Assembly (NCBI GenBank): GCA_937960415.1
Contig: CALGPK010000009.1
Coordinates: forward strand, 16,405-80,404
From: an uncultured Bacteroidales bacterium
GTDB lineage: Bacteria; Bacteroidota; Bacteroidia; Bacteroidales; GWA2-32-17
Length of the DNA stretch: 64,000 bases
Direction: 5' to 3'
The stretch's first letter is position 1. Each line of letters opens with the position of its first letter. The notes beneath the pieces were generated by a model. It worked only from the letters and a program-made list of their open reading frames with translations, made no database searches and was not told where the DNA came from. The position numbers and the translations under genes are program-made. Positions 8,284-17,447 of the stretch are shown here, one piece after another.

Positions 8284-8847
8284 TCAAATAGTTAGAATTT
8301 CTTTCTCCTTATTATTTAAGATTTCGTCAATTTTAGCAATGTACTGATCGGTTATTTTTTGTATTTTTTCTTCACCTTCTTTTATTTCGTCTTCTGAAAT
8401 GCCTTCTTTTTTTAATTTTTTTAGTTCTTCGTTGGCATCTCTACGAACATTTCTTATTCCTATTTTAGCAGTTTCACCTTCGTTTTTAACCTGTTTAACT
8501 AGTTGTTTTCTGCGTTCTTCGCTCAATGGAGGTACTATTATTCTTAAAATTTCGCCATTATTCTGAGGATTAAAACCAAGGTTGCTAGCCTGTATTGCTT
8601 TTTCTATGGTTTCGAGCATGCTTTTATCCCAGGGTTGAACGATAATGGTACGAGGATCGGGAGCAGCAATATTGGCAACCTGATTCAATGGACTTTTAGT
8701 ACCATAATAATCGACCAAAATACCATCGAGCATCATGGGCGATGCTTTGCCAGCTCTGATCTTCAATAATTCAGATTCTAAATGTTTAATAACTTTATCC
8801 ATTTGTTCTTTAGCCGAATCTATGCAAAATAAAACTTCTTCGCTCAT
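8284..8847 (-). CDS. frr: Ribosome recycling factor
   Basis: Full-length Frr-like sequence (LKIRAGKASPMMLDGILVDYYG ... IRNVRRDANEELKK). The ATG at 8847 was chosen because a candidate -7 promoter box (8860..8867) lies inside the longer ORF-track version. Confidence 0.92.
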   Translation of the reverse strand: MSEEVLFCIDSAKEQMDKVIKHLESELLKIRAGKASPMMLDGILVDYYGTKSPLNQVANIAAPDPRTIIVQPWDKSMLETIEKAIQASNLGFNPQNNGEILRIIVPPLSEERRKQLVKQVKNEGETAKIGIRNVRRDANEELKKLKKEGISEDEIKEGEEKIQKITDQYIAKIDEILNNKEKEILTI

Positions 8848-8859
8848 ATTTTTTTTTTG

Positions 8860-8867
8860 CAAATGTA
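8860..8867 (-). promoter_or_regulatory. Candidate -7 box (TAcaTTTG) for frr
   Basis: Plus strand reads CAAATGTA, 12 nt upstream of the ATG at 8847. Confidence 0.4.
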
Positions 8868-8900
8868 ATGGTTTTTGAGAAATTTCTTTTTAAAAAAAAA

Positions 8901-9497
8901 TTAAAAAGAATAGCCAATTGAGAAACCAAGCTTAACTTTGGTACCAGTGTTTTTAGGTCCGGTAAAACTAACTAAAAAACCACCTTTAGCTACATTATTG
9001 TCATAGTTGTTGTTTTTAATGTATTCTGTATAACCGGGACCAACATAAAAGTCAAATACAAAATTGTTTTTTAAAAACCATTGAGTACCGAACATAAAAC
9101 CATAGCCTTGTCCAATGACTTGACCGATAATTTTATTACTATAGCGGTCTAATGTTGTATTGTAAAATTCTTCATAAGTGTAATAACTACCAAAAAATAA
9201 GGTAACTCGGGTAGCAGTGTCTTTATAAAAATAATGTCTAATTTGTGGCATAATTACAAAACCATTGGTGTTGTATGTTGATTGACCCGTACCTGTTTCG
9301 TTATACAAGTATGTATAATTTCCACCTATTGAGAAGTTGTTTTTGTAAAAAAAACGTTCTAAAGACATGGGTATAGCAGATGCTATTCCTCCTAAAGGAT
9401 TTATTTTTATGACATTTTTTTTATGGCATAATATGTTTTTTTGACTAAATACATTAAAAAAGAGGATCAAAAAAAATAAAAGTAAATAAGATTTCAT
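8901..9497 (-). CDS. Small outer-membrane beta-barrel protein (DUF3575/OmpW-like), unknown function
   Basis: 198 aa with signal peptide (MKSYLLLFFLILFFNVFSQ). Alternating aromatic/polar beta-strand pattern and a C-terminal ...GYSF typical of OMPs. Confidence 0.65.
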   Translation of the reverse strand: MKSYLLLFFLILFFNVFSQKNILCHKKNVIKINPLGGIASAIPMSLERFFYKNNFSIGGNYTYLYNETGTGQSTYNTNGFVIMPQIRHYFYKDTATRVTLFFGSYYTYEEFYNTTLDRYSNKIIGQVIGQGYGFMFGTQWFLKNNFVFDFYVGPGYTEYIKNNNYDNNVAKGGFLVSFTGPKNTGTKVKLGFSIGYSF

Positions 9498-9499
9498 AT

Positions 9500-10381
9500 T
9501 TAAAATGCGTTAATTTTTTTAGTTATTAAAAATGAATTACTTTTTAGACGTACGATGTAAATATTTTTGGATTTTAATACAATAGATATATCGGAAGTAA
9601 TTTGTTGTTTTACAATATTTTTTCCGGTAATATCTAGTATTTCAATTTCAGTGGGAGTTTTAATGTTAGATATATTTAGTGCCTGATTATGCCATATCAA
9701 AATAGGTTCTTTTTCAAATGAAGATGTTGTCAAACTATTGTTGTATTCAAAGGTTAAATTATCAATATAAAGAATACTATTGGGTTGGGGATAGTCTTTA
9801 TCCGACGATAATATGATAATGTTAAGGTGAGTAGGAGTTGTTTGATTATCAATATATTGAATAGGAATACTAAATGGTGTCCATGATAATACAGTACCTG
9901 TTGGTTTAAAATTCCCTGTGGCAATGGTATCCCAATTACTACCGTTTTGTCTAAGTAGTACTATTCCAATAAATGCTTGATCGTAGTTTACAGGTTCGTA
10001 CTGAAAGAAGCCTTTTAACATACTGGGTTTGTAAGTAAAAGGATATCCTCCTGTTATGTTGCTCTGCAATGTTGCAGGGTTGACATTAAAATCGCCAAGT
10101 GTAATCAACCCGGGTATTGGTGTCCCAAAAAGTGACTTTGATTGAATTTTAACGCTCGAATTTCCATTCTGTACAATACCGGTTTCACGTACAACCGTAA
10201 AAATATTTAACGAAGCTGTGGTTGAATTTGGAGTATCCCAATATTCAGGGTTCTGATAATTGCTTTCGTTGTACCAGATTTCAAAATTGCCATTTGGAAC
10301 CTGTTGTCCATTAGCCATTATGTAAATTACTAATAATAAAATGATTGATAGGTAAAATGTTTTCATAATTTTTTTTTTCAA
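9500..10381 (-). CDS. Secreted PCMD-like domain protein with T9SS C-terminal sorting domain
   Basis: Signal peptide followed by a VPNGNFEIW motif as in PCMD (putative carbohydrate metabolism domain) proteins. C-terminal ~80 aa beta-sandwich (EIEILDITGKNIVKQQ...IYIVRLKSNSFLITKKI) resembles Por/T9SS CTDs. Paralogue of 58990..59880. Confidence 0.65.
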   Translation of the reverse strand: MKKKIMKTFYLSIILLLVIYIMANGQQVPNGNFEIWYNESNYQNPEYWDTPNSTTASLNIFTVVRETGIVQNGNSSVKIQSKSLFGTPIPGLITLGDFNVNPATLQSNITGGYPFTYKPSMLKGFFQYEPVNYDQAFIGIVLLRQNGSNWDTIATGNFKPTGTVLSWTPFSIPIQYIDNQTTPTHLNIIILSSDKDYPQPNSILYIDNLTFEYNNSLTTSSFEKEPILIWHNQALNISNIKTPTEIEILDITGKNIVKQQITSDISIVLKSKNIYIVRLKSNSFLITKKINAF

Positions 10382-10458
10382 AGGTACTGTTTTTACAGGT
10401 TATTAGCAACAATTTTTTATAATTTAAGTACTAAAAGTTCTTAAATACGAAAATTTAG

Positions 10459-10492
10459 AAAAAAAAATGAGGGTAAATCCCTCATTTTTTTT
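10459..10492 (-). terminator. Rho-independent terminator after ppdK
   Basis: aaaaaaaaATGAGGGtaaatCCCTCATtttttttt: a 7-bp stem flanked by A- and T-runs, a few nt beyond the ppdK stop. Confidence 0.8.
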
Positions 10493-10496
10493 ATGA

Positions 10497-13286
10497 TTAT
10501 ACAGTTACAGTCTTTTTACTATTTTTTTTCTTATCTTTTTTCGTTTCAGGGAACCTGACAGCAGCTTGTGCAGCGGCTAAACGAGCAATAGGTACTCGGA
10601 ATGGTGAACAGCTTACATAGTTAAGACCAAGTATGTGACAGAATTCAATAGAGTTGGGTTCGCCACCATGTTCGCCACAAATGCCAAGTTTAATGTTTTT
10701 GCGAGTTTTTCTGCCTTTTTCGCATGCTATTTTCATTAATTCTCCTACGCTGTCTCGGTCAATTTGCTGGAATGGATCGACGGGCAGTAGTTTTTTGTCG
10801 AGATATTCGGGTAAGAAGCTTCCAATGTCATCACGCGAAAACCCAAAGGTCATTTGAGTAAGGTCGTTTGTACCAAACGAGAAAAATTCGGCATATTCGG
10901 CAATTTTGTCGGCAGTTAAAGCAGCACGTGGTATTTCAATCATTGTACCAGTAAGGTGAGGTATTTCTTTTAGGTTGAATTTATTGCAAACTTCTTGATA
11001 AACTTTTTGGATGAGTTCGTATTGATGTTTCAATTCGGTTTGAATGCATGTTACGGGTATCATTATTTCGGGGAAGGGCTTTTTATTTTCTTTAATAAGT
11101 TCGGCAGCAGCTTCAAATATGGCTCTTACTTGCATTTCGGTAATTTCGGGGTATGAGATGCCCAAACGCACGCCTCTATGTCCCATCATGGGGTTATTCT
11201 CGTGAAGAGCATCGGCACGTTTGTTAAATTCTTCGAGGTCAATGTTAAGACTTTTGGCAAGTTTTTCTCTTTCTTCGGGATTGTTAGGCACGAATTCGTG
11301 TAGTGGTGGGTCGAGTGTGCGGAATGTTACAGGCAAGCCATCCATTGCTTTGAGTGTTCCTTTAACATCTTCTTTAACAAAGGGGAACAATTCGTCTAAA
11401 GCCGCACGACGTTCTTTTTCTGTCTTAGAAACAATCATTTTGCGGAGCAAGAAGAGTGGTTTTTCGCTACCTTCTCCATAAAACATGTGTTCGGTACGGA
11501 ATAGTCCAATGCCCTCAGCTCCAAAAGAGCGTGCGCGTTCGGCATCTTCGGGTGTGTCGGCATTGGTTCTAACTTTCAGTTTTCGAATAGAGTCGCATAA
11601 CTTCATGAATTTAACAAAATCAGGGTTTTCGTCTGCAGCTTTTATCATGGGCAATTCGCTGAGGTAAACTATCCCTTTGGAACCGTTAAGTGTAATCCAT
11701 TCACCTTCTTTGTAAATATTACCGTTGGCATCTTTCATTTGTTTGTTGTTTACATCTATCTGGAGGTTGCTTGCACCTACGATGCAGCATTTGCCCCAGC
11801 CTCTGGCTACAAGAGCTGCGTGGCTTGTCATTCCGCCTCTACCGGTAAGGATAGCTTGTGCAGCACGCATTCCATCGATATCTTCGGGATTGGTTTCTTC
11901 ACGAACGAGGATTACTTTTTTGCCTTGTTTAGTCCATTCAACTGCATCTTTTGAAGAAAAAACGATTTGGCCTGAAGCGCCACCAGGTCCGGCTGGCAAA
12001 CCTGTTCCTATTTTTTTAGCATTTTTTTCGGCTTTCGGGTCTATAATGGGATGAAGCAACTCATCTAATTGGTTGGGTGAAACTCTCAAAACGGCTTCTT
12101 CTTTTGTGATAAGCTTTTCTTTGAGCATATCGAGGGCAATTTTTACGGCGGCAGGACCGTTGCGTTTCCCAACACGGCATTGTAGCATATAAAGCTTACC
12201 TTCTTGGATGGTAAACTCTATATCGAGCATGTCTTTGTAATGTTTTTCAAGTTTTTTCTGTATCTTGTGTAGTTCTTTGTAAACCTCAGGCATAGCTTTT
12301 TCGAGTGATGGCAGGTGTTTATTTTGCTCGTTTTTGCCAGCTTCGTTAATTGGATTGGGTGTTCGGATACCTGCTACGACGTCTTCGCCCTGAGCATTAG
12401 GTAGCCATTCTCCGTAAAATAAGTTTTCGCCTGTTGCTGGATTTCTGGTAAATGCAACACCAGTGGCCGATGTTTCGCCCATGTTTCCGAATACCATAGA
12501 CTGTACATTAACGGCAGTGCCCCACCAATCGGGAATCCCTTCTATTCTCCGATACGATATAGCTCGTTTACCGTTCCAGCTTTGGAATACAGCAGCAATA
12601 GCGCCCCACAGCTGATCTTTTGCATCTTCGGGAAAAGGTTTACCGAGTACTTCTTTAACTTTGTTTTTGTATATTACGATTAATTCTTTTAGGTCTTCGG
12701 CCGAAAGTTCGGTTTCGTGTTTTAGACCTTTAGCGTGCATCATTTTTTCCATTTCTTTTTCGAGCTGCTGGCGGATACCTTTACCTTCTTCAGGTTCAAT
12801 GCCAGCTGCTTTTTCCATAACTACGTCGGCGTACATTTGAATCAGACGACGTTGCGAGTCGTATACAAAACGTGGATTTTTTGTTTTAGCGATGAGTCCT
12901 TCACGTGTTTCGTCATTTAAACCTACGTTTAGTACGGTTTCCATCATGCCGGGCATCGATGCTCTTGCTCCCGAGCGTACTGATACCAGCAACGGATTTT
13001 TCTTGTCGCCAAATTTCATGCCCATTACTTTCTCCACGCGAGCAAGGGCTTCTTCAACTTGTTGTTTTAGTTCTTTGGGGTATGTTTTGTTGTTTTCATA
13101 GTAGTAGGTACAAACTTCGGTTGTAATAGTAAAACCAGCCGGTACAGGCAAGCCGATTAAATCCATTTCGGCAAGGTTAGCACCTTTGCCACCTAAGAGT
13201 TCTTTCATATTGGCTTTACCTTCGGCTTTGCCATTGCCAAAGAAATATACATATTTCTTTGATTTTGAATTAGTTTTTGTTCCCAT
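10497..13286 (-). CDS. ppdK: Pyruvate, phosphate dikinase
   Basis: 929 aa. Phospho-histidine motif GGMTSHAALVARGWGK and PEP-utilising C-terminal TIM domain with CGEHGGEP. Full-length PPDK collinearity. Confidence 0.96.
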   Translation of the reverse strand: MGTKTNSKSKKYVYFFGNGKAEGKANMKELLGGKGANLAEMDLIGLPVPAGFTITTEVCTYYYENNKTYPKELKQQVEEALARVEKVMGMKFGDKKNPLLVSVRSGARASMPGMMETVLNVGLNDETREGLIAKTKNPRFVYDSQRRLIQMYADVVMEKAAGIEPEEGKGIRQQLEKEMEKMMHAKGLKHETELSAEDLKELIVIYKNKVKEVLGKPFPEDAKDQLWGAIAAVFQSWNGKRAISYRRIEGIPDWWGTAVNVQSMVFGNMGETSATGVAFTRNPATGENLFYGEWLPNAQGEDVVAGIRTPNPINEAGKNEQNKHLPSLEKAMPEVYKELHKIQKKLEKHYKDMLDIEFTIQEGKLYMLQCRVGKRNGPAAVKIALDMLKEKLITKEEAVLRVSPNQLDELLHPIIDPKAEKNAKKIGTGLPAGPGGASGQIVFSSKDAVEWTKQGKKVILVREETNPEDIDGMRAAQAILTGRGGMTSHAALVARGWGKCCIVGASNLQIDVNNKQMKDANGNIYKEGEWITLNGSKGIVYLSELPMIKAADENPDFVKFMKLCDSIRKLKVRTNADTPEDAERARSFGAEGIGLFRTEHMFYGEGSEKPLFLLRKMIVSKTEKERRAALDELFPFVKEDVKGTLKAMDGLPVTFRTLDPPLHEFVPNNPEEREKLAKSLNIDLEEFNKRADALHENNPMMGHRGVRLGISYPEITEMQVRAIFEAAAELIKENKKPFPEIMIPVTCIQTELKHQYELIQKVYQEVCNKFNLKEIPHLTGTMIEIPRAALTADKIAEYAEFFSFGTNDLTQMTFGFSRDDIGSFLPEYLDKKLLPVDPFQQIDRDSVGELMKIACEKGRKTRKNIKLGICGEHGGEPNSIEFCHILGLNYVSCSPFRVPIARLAAAQAAVRFPETKKDKKKNSKKTVTV

Positions 13287-13334
13287 GCGAATAATATTTA
13301 GTTTAGATTAACATTTTTTATGCGAATATAATCA

Positions 13335-13342
13335 CAAAAATA
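13335..13342 (-). promoter_or_regulatory. Candidate -7 box (TAttTTTG) for ppdK
   Basis: Plus strand reads CAAAAATA, 48 nt upstream of the ATG at 13286. Confidence 0.4.
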
Positions 13343-13403
13343 CAATTTTGAATACATGATTATTAAAATTAGTTTTAAATTTTTTTAATCGTGTATTATC
13401 AGG

Positions 13404-13411
13404 TATATTTG
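13404..13411 (+). promoter_or_regulatory. Candidate -7 box (TAtaTTTG) for rpe
   Basis: 23 nt upstream of the ATG at 13435. Confidence 0.45.
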
Positions 13412-13434
13412 TGCAAAATTGCGTTGTTATTTAT

Positions 13435-14088
13435 ATGATAGCTCCATCTATTTTATCTGCAAATTTTCTCACTTTGGGAAATGAGATAGAAATGCTTAAT
13501 AACAGCAGTGCCGATTATATTCATCTCGATGTTATGGACGGAGTTTTTGTTCCTAATATTACGTTCGGACAGCCCATTATTAAGCAAATTAGTTCTATTG
13601 CCAAAAAACCACTCGATACGCATTTGATGATAGTTCAACCGGAACGGTATATTGATGAATTTGCTGATGCAGGTTCTAAAATCATAACTGTACATTACGA
13701 GGCATGTACACATTTGCATCGTATTATTCAGCAAATCAAAAAGAATAATATATTAGCTGGTGTGTCTGTCAATCCACATACGCCGGTTTATCTGTTAGAA
13801 AGTATTATTTACGAAGTTGATTTAGTTTTGATAATGTCGGTAAATCCGGGTTTTGGAGGACAATCGTTTATTTCTTTTTCGTATGAAAAAATAAAACAAC
13901 TTGCTGATTTAAGACATAAAAAATCTTTGCAATTTTTAATAGAATTAGATGGAGGCGTAACTATAGAAAATGCGCAGTTACTTTACGATGCAGGGGTTGA
14001 TATTTTGGTAGCTGGAAATGCAGTTTTTGGGGCTAAAGATCCTACTGCTGCTATTACGTTGATTAGAAATAGTAAAAACAATCGGTAA
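13435..14088 (+). CDS. rpe: Ribulose-phosphate 3-epimerase
   Basis: MIAPSILSANF, HLDVMDG and MSVNPGFGGQ motifs. The ORF-track start at 13411 is a GTG that overlaps the -7 box, so I used the ATG at 13435. Confidence 0.93.
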   Translation: MIAPSILSANFLTLGNEIEMLNNSSADYIHLDVMDGVFVPNITFGQPIIKQISSIAKKPLDTHLMIVQPERYIDEFADAGSKIITVHYEACTHLHRIIQQIKKNNILAGVSVNPHTPVYLLESIIYEVDLVLIMSVNPGFGGQSFISFSYEKIKQLADLRHKKSLQFLIELDGGVTIENAQLLYDAGVDILVAGNAVFGAKDPTAAITLIRNSKNNR

Positions 14089-14089
14089 A

Positions 14090-15292
14090 TTATTCTTTTC
14101 CTTCTAAATAATCATTAAGATATTCGAAGGTGTCTGTTAATTTTCCGTTTTGCAAAATAGTAGCTCGTTTAATTATATTGCTTTCTGATTTAAGCAATTC
14201 GGGTAATATTTTATTAGCAAATGTGTTGGCAAAATCTTCCGACGAGCTTCGAGGTAATTCGGCTGGTAAATTGTCGATGGCCATTACAGCTACATTGCCC
14301 GGTTTAAACGGATCGTCTTCTTGTTGAGTTATAGGATTATAACCATATATGGGATTAGCAATCGTTGATGCTCTTATAGTTGAGGCTATGGGTTTGCCAA
14401 TATCGCAACTTATATCGCCTATAACTTGAATGTGAAAACCGGGTGTTAGATAATCTTCTGCTTTAAGGAATTTTGGAGAACGAGGATCCCAGTAATGACA
14501 GGGCATGTAAATATCGCTTTGTAATGCATAAGGTATGAATGTAGAAACATATTCTTCGGGATGTTTTGTGAAATGGTCAAAATCAAATGGTTGATTGTCT
14601 TTATGCTTTACGTAATGCCACGGATCTAAACGTGTATAAACAGGTACGTCGAATTTCTTATTTAAGTAGTCGTCGGGGCTTACTTCTTTTATATTTGTGT
14701 GCGAAAGTGTTTCTAATGCTCCATGAGCAACTCTTCCTCCTCCAGTAATAAGTATTTTAATAGGAGGTAACAGAATATTTTCAATTTGCTTGAAAAGTTC
14801 AATATGGTCGAAACATTCGTGAGCCCTTTTTAATTGATATAAACCAGATTTTAAACCAAATGTGTACAATGTATTGTACGCTCCAACAATACCTGCCCAA
14901 CGTCCAAATGCAATGAGACGAACATGCCTGTCGTCGGTTAAATATTCATAATCTATTAATGTGATACCTAACTCGGCACATTTCTGAAGCATTGTACGAT
15001 TGTAGGGTTGTTTTTTTCCTGTATGTGAGAAAAACATGTAAGTTTTTTGTGGTAAGAATGTTTCTTTAGCAACTTCTTTAATACCAATTAATAAGTCGCA
15101 CGACGACAGGTCATTGGTTACTTCTATTCCGGCATTTAGATATTCTTCGTCTTTAAACGCTCTGATTTCGCTGTGTTGAACAAAAATTTGTACATGAGGA
15201 TATTCCGATATTATTTTCTTTGCAACAGATGGAGTGATTGGAACACGTTTGTCGGGAGGTGTTTTAGTTTCTTTCAGGACTCCTATTTTCAT
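14090..15292 (-). CDS. Alanine dehydrogenase/saccharopine dehydrogenase (lysine-ketoglutarate reductase)-family NAD-dependent oxidoreductase
   Basis: The N-terminus MKIGVLKETKTPPDKRVPITP and the GGGRVAHGA dinucleotide-binding loop match the AlaDH/PNT/LKR fold. The ATG at 15292 was chosen because a -7 box (15310..15317) lies inside the longer ORF-track version. Confidence 0.78.
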   Translation of the reverse strand: MKIGVLKETKTPPDKRVPITPSVAKKIISEYPHVQIFVQHSEIRAFKDEEYLNAGIEVTNDLSSCDLLIGIKEVAKETFLPQKTYMFFSHTGKKQPYNRTMLQKCAELGITLIDYEYLTDDRHVRLIAFGRWAGIVGAYNTLYTFGLKSGLYQLKRAHECFDHIELFKQIENILLPPIKILITGGGRVAHGALETLSHTNIKEVSPDDYLNKKFDVPVYTRLDPWHYVKHKDNQPFDFDHFTKHPEEYVSTFIPYALQSDIYMPCHYWDPRSPKFLKAEDYLTPGFHIQVIGDISCDIGKPIASTIRASTIANPIYGYNPITQQEDDPFKPGNVAVMAIDNLPAELPRSSSEDFANTFANKILPELLKSESNIIKRATILQNGKLTDTFEYLNDYLEGKE

Positions 15293-15309
15293 AGTGCTAA
15301 TTTTTTTTC

Positions 15310-15317
15310 GCAAAGAT
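15310..15317 (-). promoter_or_regulatory. Candidate -7 box (TAtcTTTG) for the AlaDH/saccharopine-DH-family gene
   Basis: Plus strand reads CAAAGATA, 17 nt upstream of the ATG at 15292. Confidence 0.45.
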
Positions 15318-15402
15318 AATGAAGTTTGAACAATTAAAACTGTTTTCAAGAAGTCTTAATTTTATGTTAAGAGTGTTTTGTCGTTTTTGAACAATAGTTT
15401 TG

Positions 15403-15410
15403 TAACTTTG
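15403..15410 (+). promoter_or_regulatory. Candidate -7 box (TAacTTTG) for dapD
   Basis: 27 nt upstream of the ATG at 15438. A second match, TAgtTTTG, sits directly upstream at 15395..15402. Confidence 0.45.
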
Positions 15411-15437
15411 CATATAATTGTGAAAAAACAGGTTTTA

Positions 15438-16244
15438 ATGAAAGAACAAATAGAAAAATTATGGGATAACACTACATTATTGAATAAGGCAGAAAATCGT
15501 AAACTAATAGAGGAAGTGATTGAATTATTAGATGTGGGGGAAATTCGTGTAGCTGAAAGGCAAAATAATACATGGGTTGTAAATGAATGGGTTAAGAAAG
15601 CCGTTGTGTTGTACTTTAAAATAATGCCCATGCAGAAATATGAGTTAAATCCGTTCGAATTTTATGATAAAATTCCTTTAAAAAATCAGTTCGATAAAAA
15701 AGGTGTTCGGGTTGTACCGCATGCAGTGGTCAGAAAGGGTGCTTTTGTAGCACCGGGCGTGGTGCTTATGCCGTCGTATGTGAATATTGGTGCTTATGTT
15801 GACGAGGGGACTATGGTAGATACATGGGCTACGGTGGGTTCGTGTGCACAAATAGGTAAGTATGTGCATTTGAGCGGTGGGGTGGGTATTGGTGGTGTGC
15901 TCGAACCTGTGCAAGCTTCGCCGGTTATTATAGAAGATGGCTGTTTTATAGGTTCGCGTTGTATTGTTGTAGAAGGAGTTAGAGTTGGTAAGGAAGCTGT
16001 TCTTGGTGCAAACGTAGTGCTCACTCAATCAACAAAAATAATTGATGTATTGAGCAATGAGCCCAAAGAATACAAAGGATATGTTCCCGAACGTTCGGTA
16101 GTTATTCCCGGTTCGTACAAAAAAAAATTCCCAGCTGGCGAGTATTATGTACCTTGTGCTTTGATTATAGGAAAAAGAAAAGAAAGCACCGATTTAAAAA
16201 CTTCCCTTAACGAAACATTGCGTGAATTTAATATTTCAGTGTAG
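15438..16244 (+). CDS. dapD: 2,3,4,5-tetrahydropyridine-2,6-dicarboxylate N-succinyltransferase
   Basis: N-terminal helical DapD domain (IEEVIELLDVGEIRVAE...WVVNEWVKKAVVLYF) followed by left-handed beta-helix hexapeptide repeats. The ATG at 15438 lies 27 nt after a TAacTTTG box. Confidence 0.9.
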   Translation: MKEQIEKLWDNTTLLNKAENRKLIEEVIELLDVGEIRVAERQNNTWVVNEWVKKAVVLYFKIMPMQKYELNPFEFYDKIPLKNQFDKKGVRVVPHAVVRKGAFVAPGVVLMPSYVNIGAYVDEGTMVDTWATVGSCAQIGKYVHLSGGVGIGGVLEPVQASPVIIEDGCFIGSRCIVVEGVRVGKEAVLGANVVLTQSTKIIDVLSNEPKEYKGYVPERSVVIPGSYKKKFPAGEYYVPCALIIGKRKESTDLKTSLNETLREFNISV

Positions 16245-16247
16245 ATT

Positions 16248-17375
16248 ATGAGAATAGGCTTCGATGCTAAACGTGCTTTCTTTAATAATACAGGGCTTGG
16301 AAATTACAGCCGTAATACGTTGCAACAACTATTTATACACTATCCCGAACATGAATATTATCTTTACGTTCCATCGAGGCATACGAAAATAAAGTTCAAG
16401 TATCATGAAAATGCAAAGCTAATTACACCTACAACCATTGCTGGAAAAATTTTTAAGTCGTATTGGCGATCATTTCTTATTTGTCAACAAATTTATCAGA
16501 ATAAACTCGATATTTATCATGGTTTGAGCAACGAACTGCCATTTGGCATTACAGAAACAAAAGTAAAAACTGTTGTAACCATACACGATTTAATTTTCAA
16601 ACGCTTTCCACAGTGGTATAAGCCAATCGATGTAAAAATTTATGATAGAAAATTTAAATATGCGGCTCATCATGCCGATACAATTATTGCTGTTAGCCAG
16701 CAAACCGCTAACGATTTAGTAGAATTTTATGGTGTGTCCGAAGAAAAAATTACCGTAATTTATCAAAATTGTAATCCGCTTTTTTATCAATTATTGCCAC
16801 ATGAGCATATTCAGAAAGTTAAAGAAAAATTTTTATTGCCAGATGATTATATTTTATATGTAGGTACTATTGAGGAGCGAAAAAATTTGCACCGCCTAAT
16901 TGAAGCCATCAACATTGCAAATATCGATATTCCATTAGTTGCCATAGGACGAAAAACTAAATATTTCTACAAGCAAGTATTGCCTCGAGTTAATTGGTCA
17001 AAAAAAGGACAATTCATTTTTATTGAGAATATCGACAACAAAGAATTGCCAGCAATTTATCAGGGAGCAAAATTGTTTGTTTATCCATCGCTGTACGAGG
17101 GTTTTGGAATTCCTATTCTAGAAGCTCAGGCTTCAGGGATTCCTGTTATTACCTCAAAAGGTGGATGTTTTAAAGAAACTGGTGGTGAACATTCGCTATA
17201 TGCCAATCCGCTCGATATTGAAGAAATGGCACATATAATCGTTAAAGCACTTAACGACAAGGAATTAAGAATAAATATGATAGAACGAGGACGAGAATAT
17301 TCAAAAAAATTTCTTAAGGCTGATACGATTCAAAATTTAATGACAGTTTACAAAAAAATACTAGACAAAAATTAA
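16248..17375 (+). CDS. Glycosyltransferase, GT4 family (GT-B fold)
   Basis: 375 aa. C-terminal EGFGIPILEAQASGIPVI motif (E-x7-E region) typical of GT4 retaining glycosyltransferases. Confidence 0.85.
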   Translation: MRIGFDAKRAFFNNTGLGNYSRNTLQQLFIHYPEHEYYLYVPSRHTKIKFKYHENAKLITPTTIAGKIFKSYWRSFLICQQIYQNKLDIYHGLSNELPFGITETKVKTVVTIHDLIFKRFPQWYKPIDVKIYDRKFKYAAHHADTIIAVSQQTANDLVEFYGVSEEKITVIYQNCNPLFYQLLPHEHIQKVKEKFLLPDDYILYVGTIEERKNLHRLIEAINIANIDIPLVAIGRKTKYFYKQVLPRVNWSKKGQFIFIENIDNKELPAIYQGAKLFVYPSLYEGFGIPILEAQASGIPVITSKGGCFKETGGEHSLYANPLDIEEMAHIIVKALNDKELRINMIERGREYSKKFLKADTIQNLMTVYKKILDKN

Positions 17376-17414
17376 AATTTTTTTAAACTTGAATAATTGT
17401 TTCAAAATTATTCT

Positions 17415-17422
17415 TACCTTTG
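17415..17422 (+). promoter_or_regulatory. Candidate -7 box (TAccTTTG) for rpsO
   Basis: 25 nt upstream of the ATG at 17448. Confidence 0.5.
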
Positions 17423-17447
17423 CAGTTCAATTTAAAAATCATTAATT

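Noticed and set aside
11725-12054. 109-aa plus-strand ORF, with several other 60-86-aa ORFs, antisense to ppdK
   Set aside because: It lies entirely inside a strongly supported 929-aa gene. The composition is low-complexity (S/A/P/L-rich), typical of shadow frames, and there is no promoter box or motif.
15678-16028. 116-aa and 76-aa minus-strand ORFs inside dapD
   Set aside because: They are antisense to the hexapeptide-repeat region, where repeat periodicity keeps alternative frames open. No independent support.
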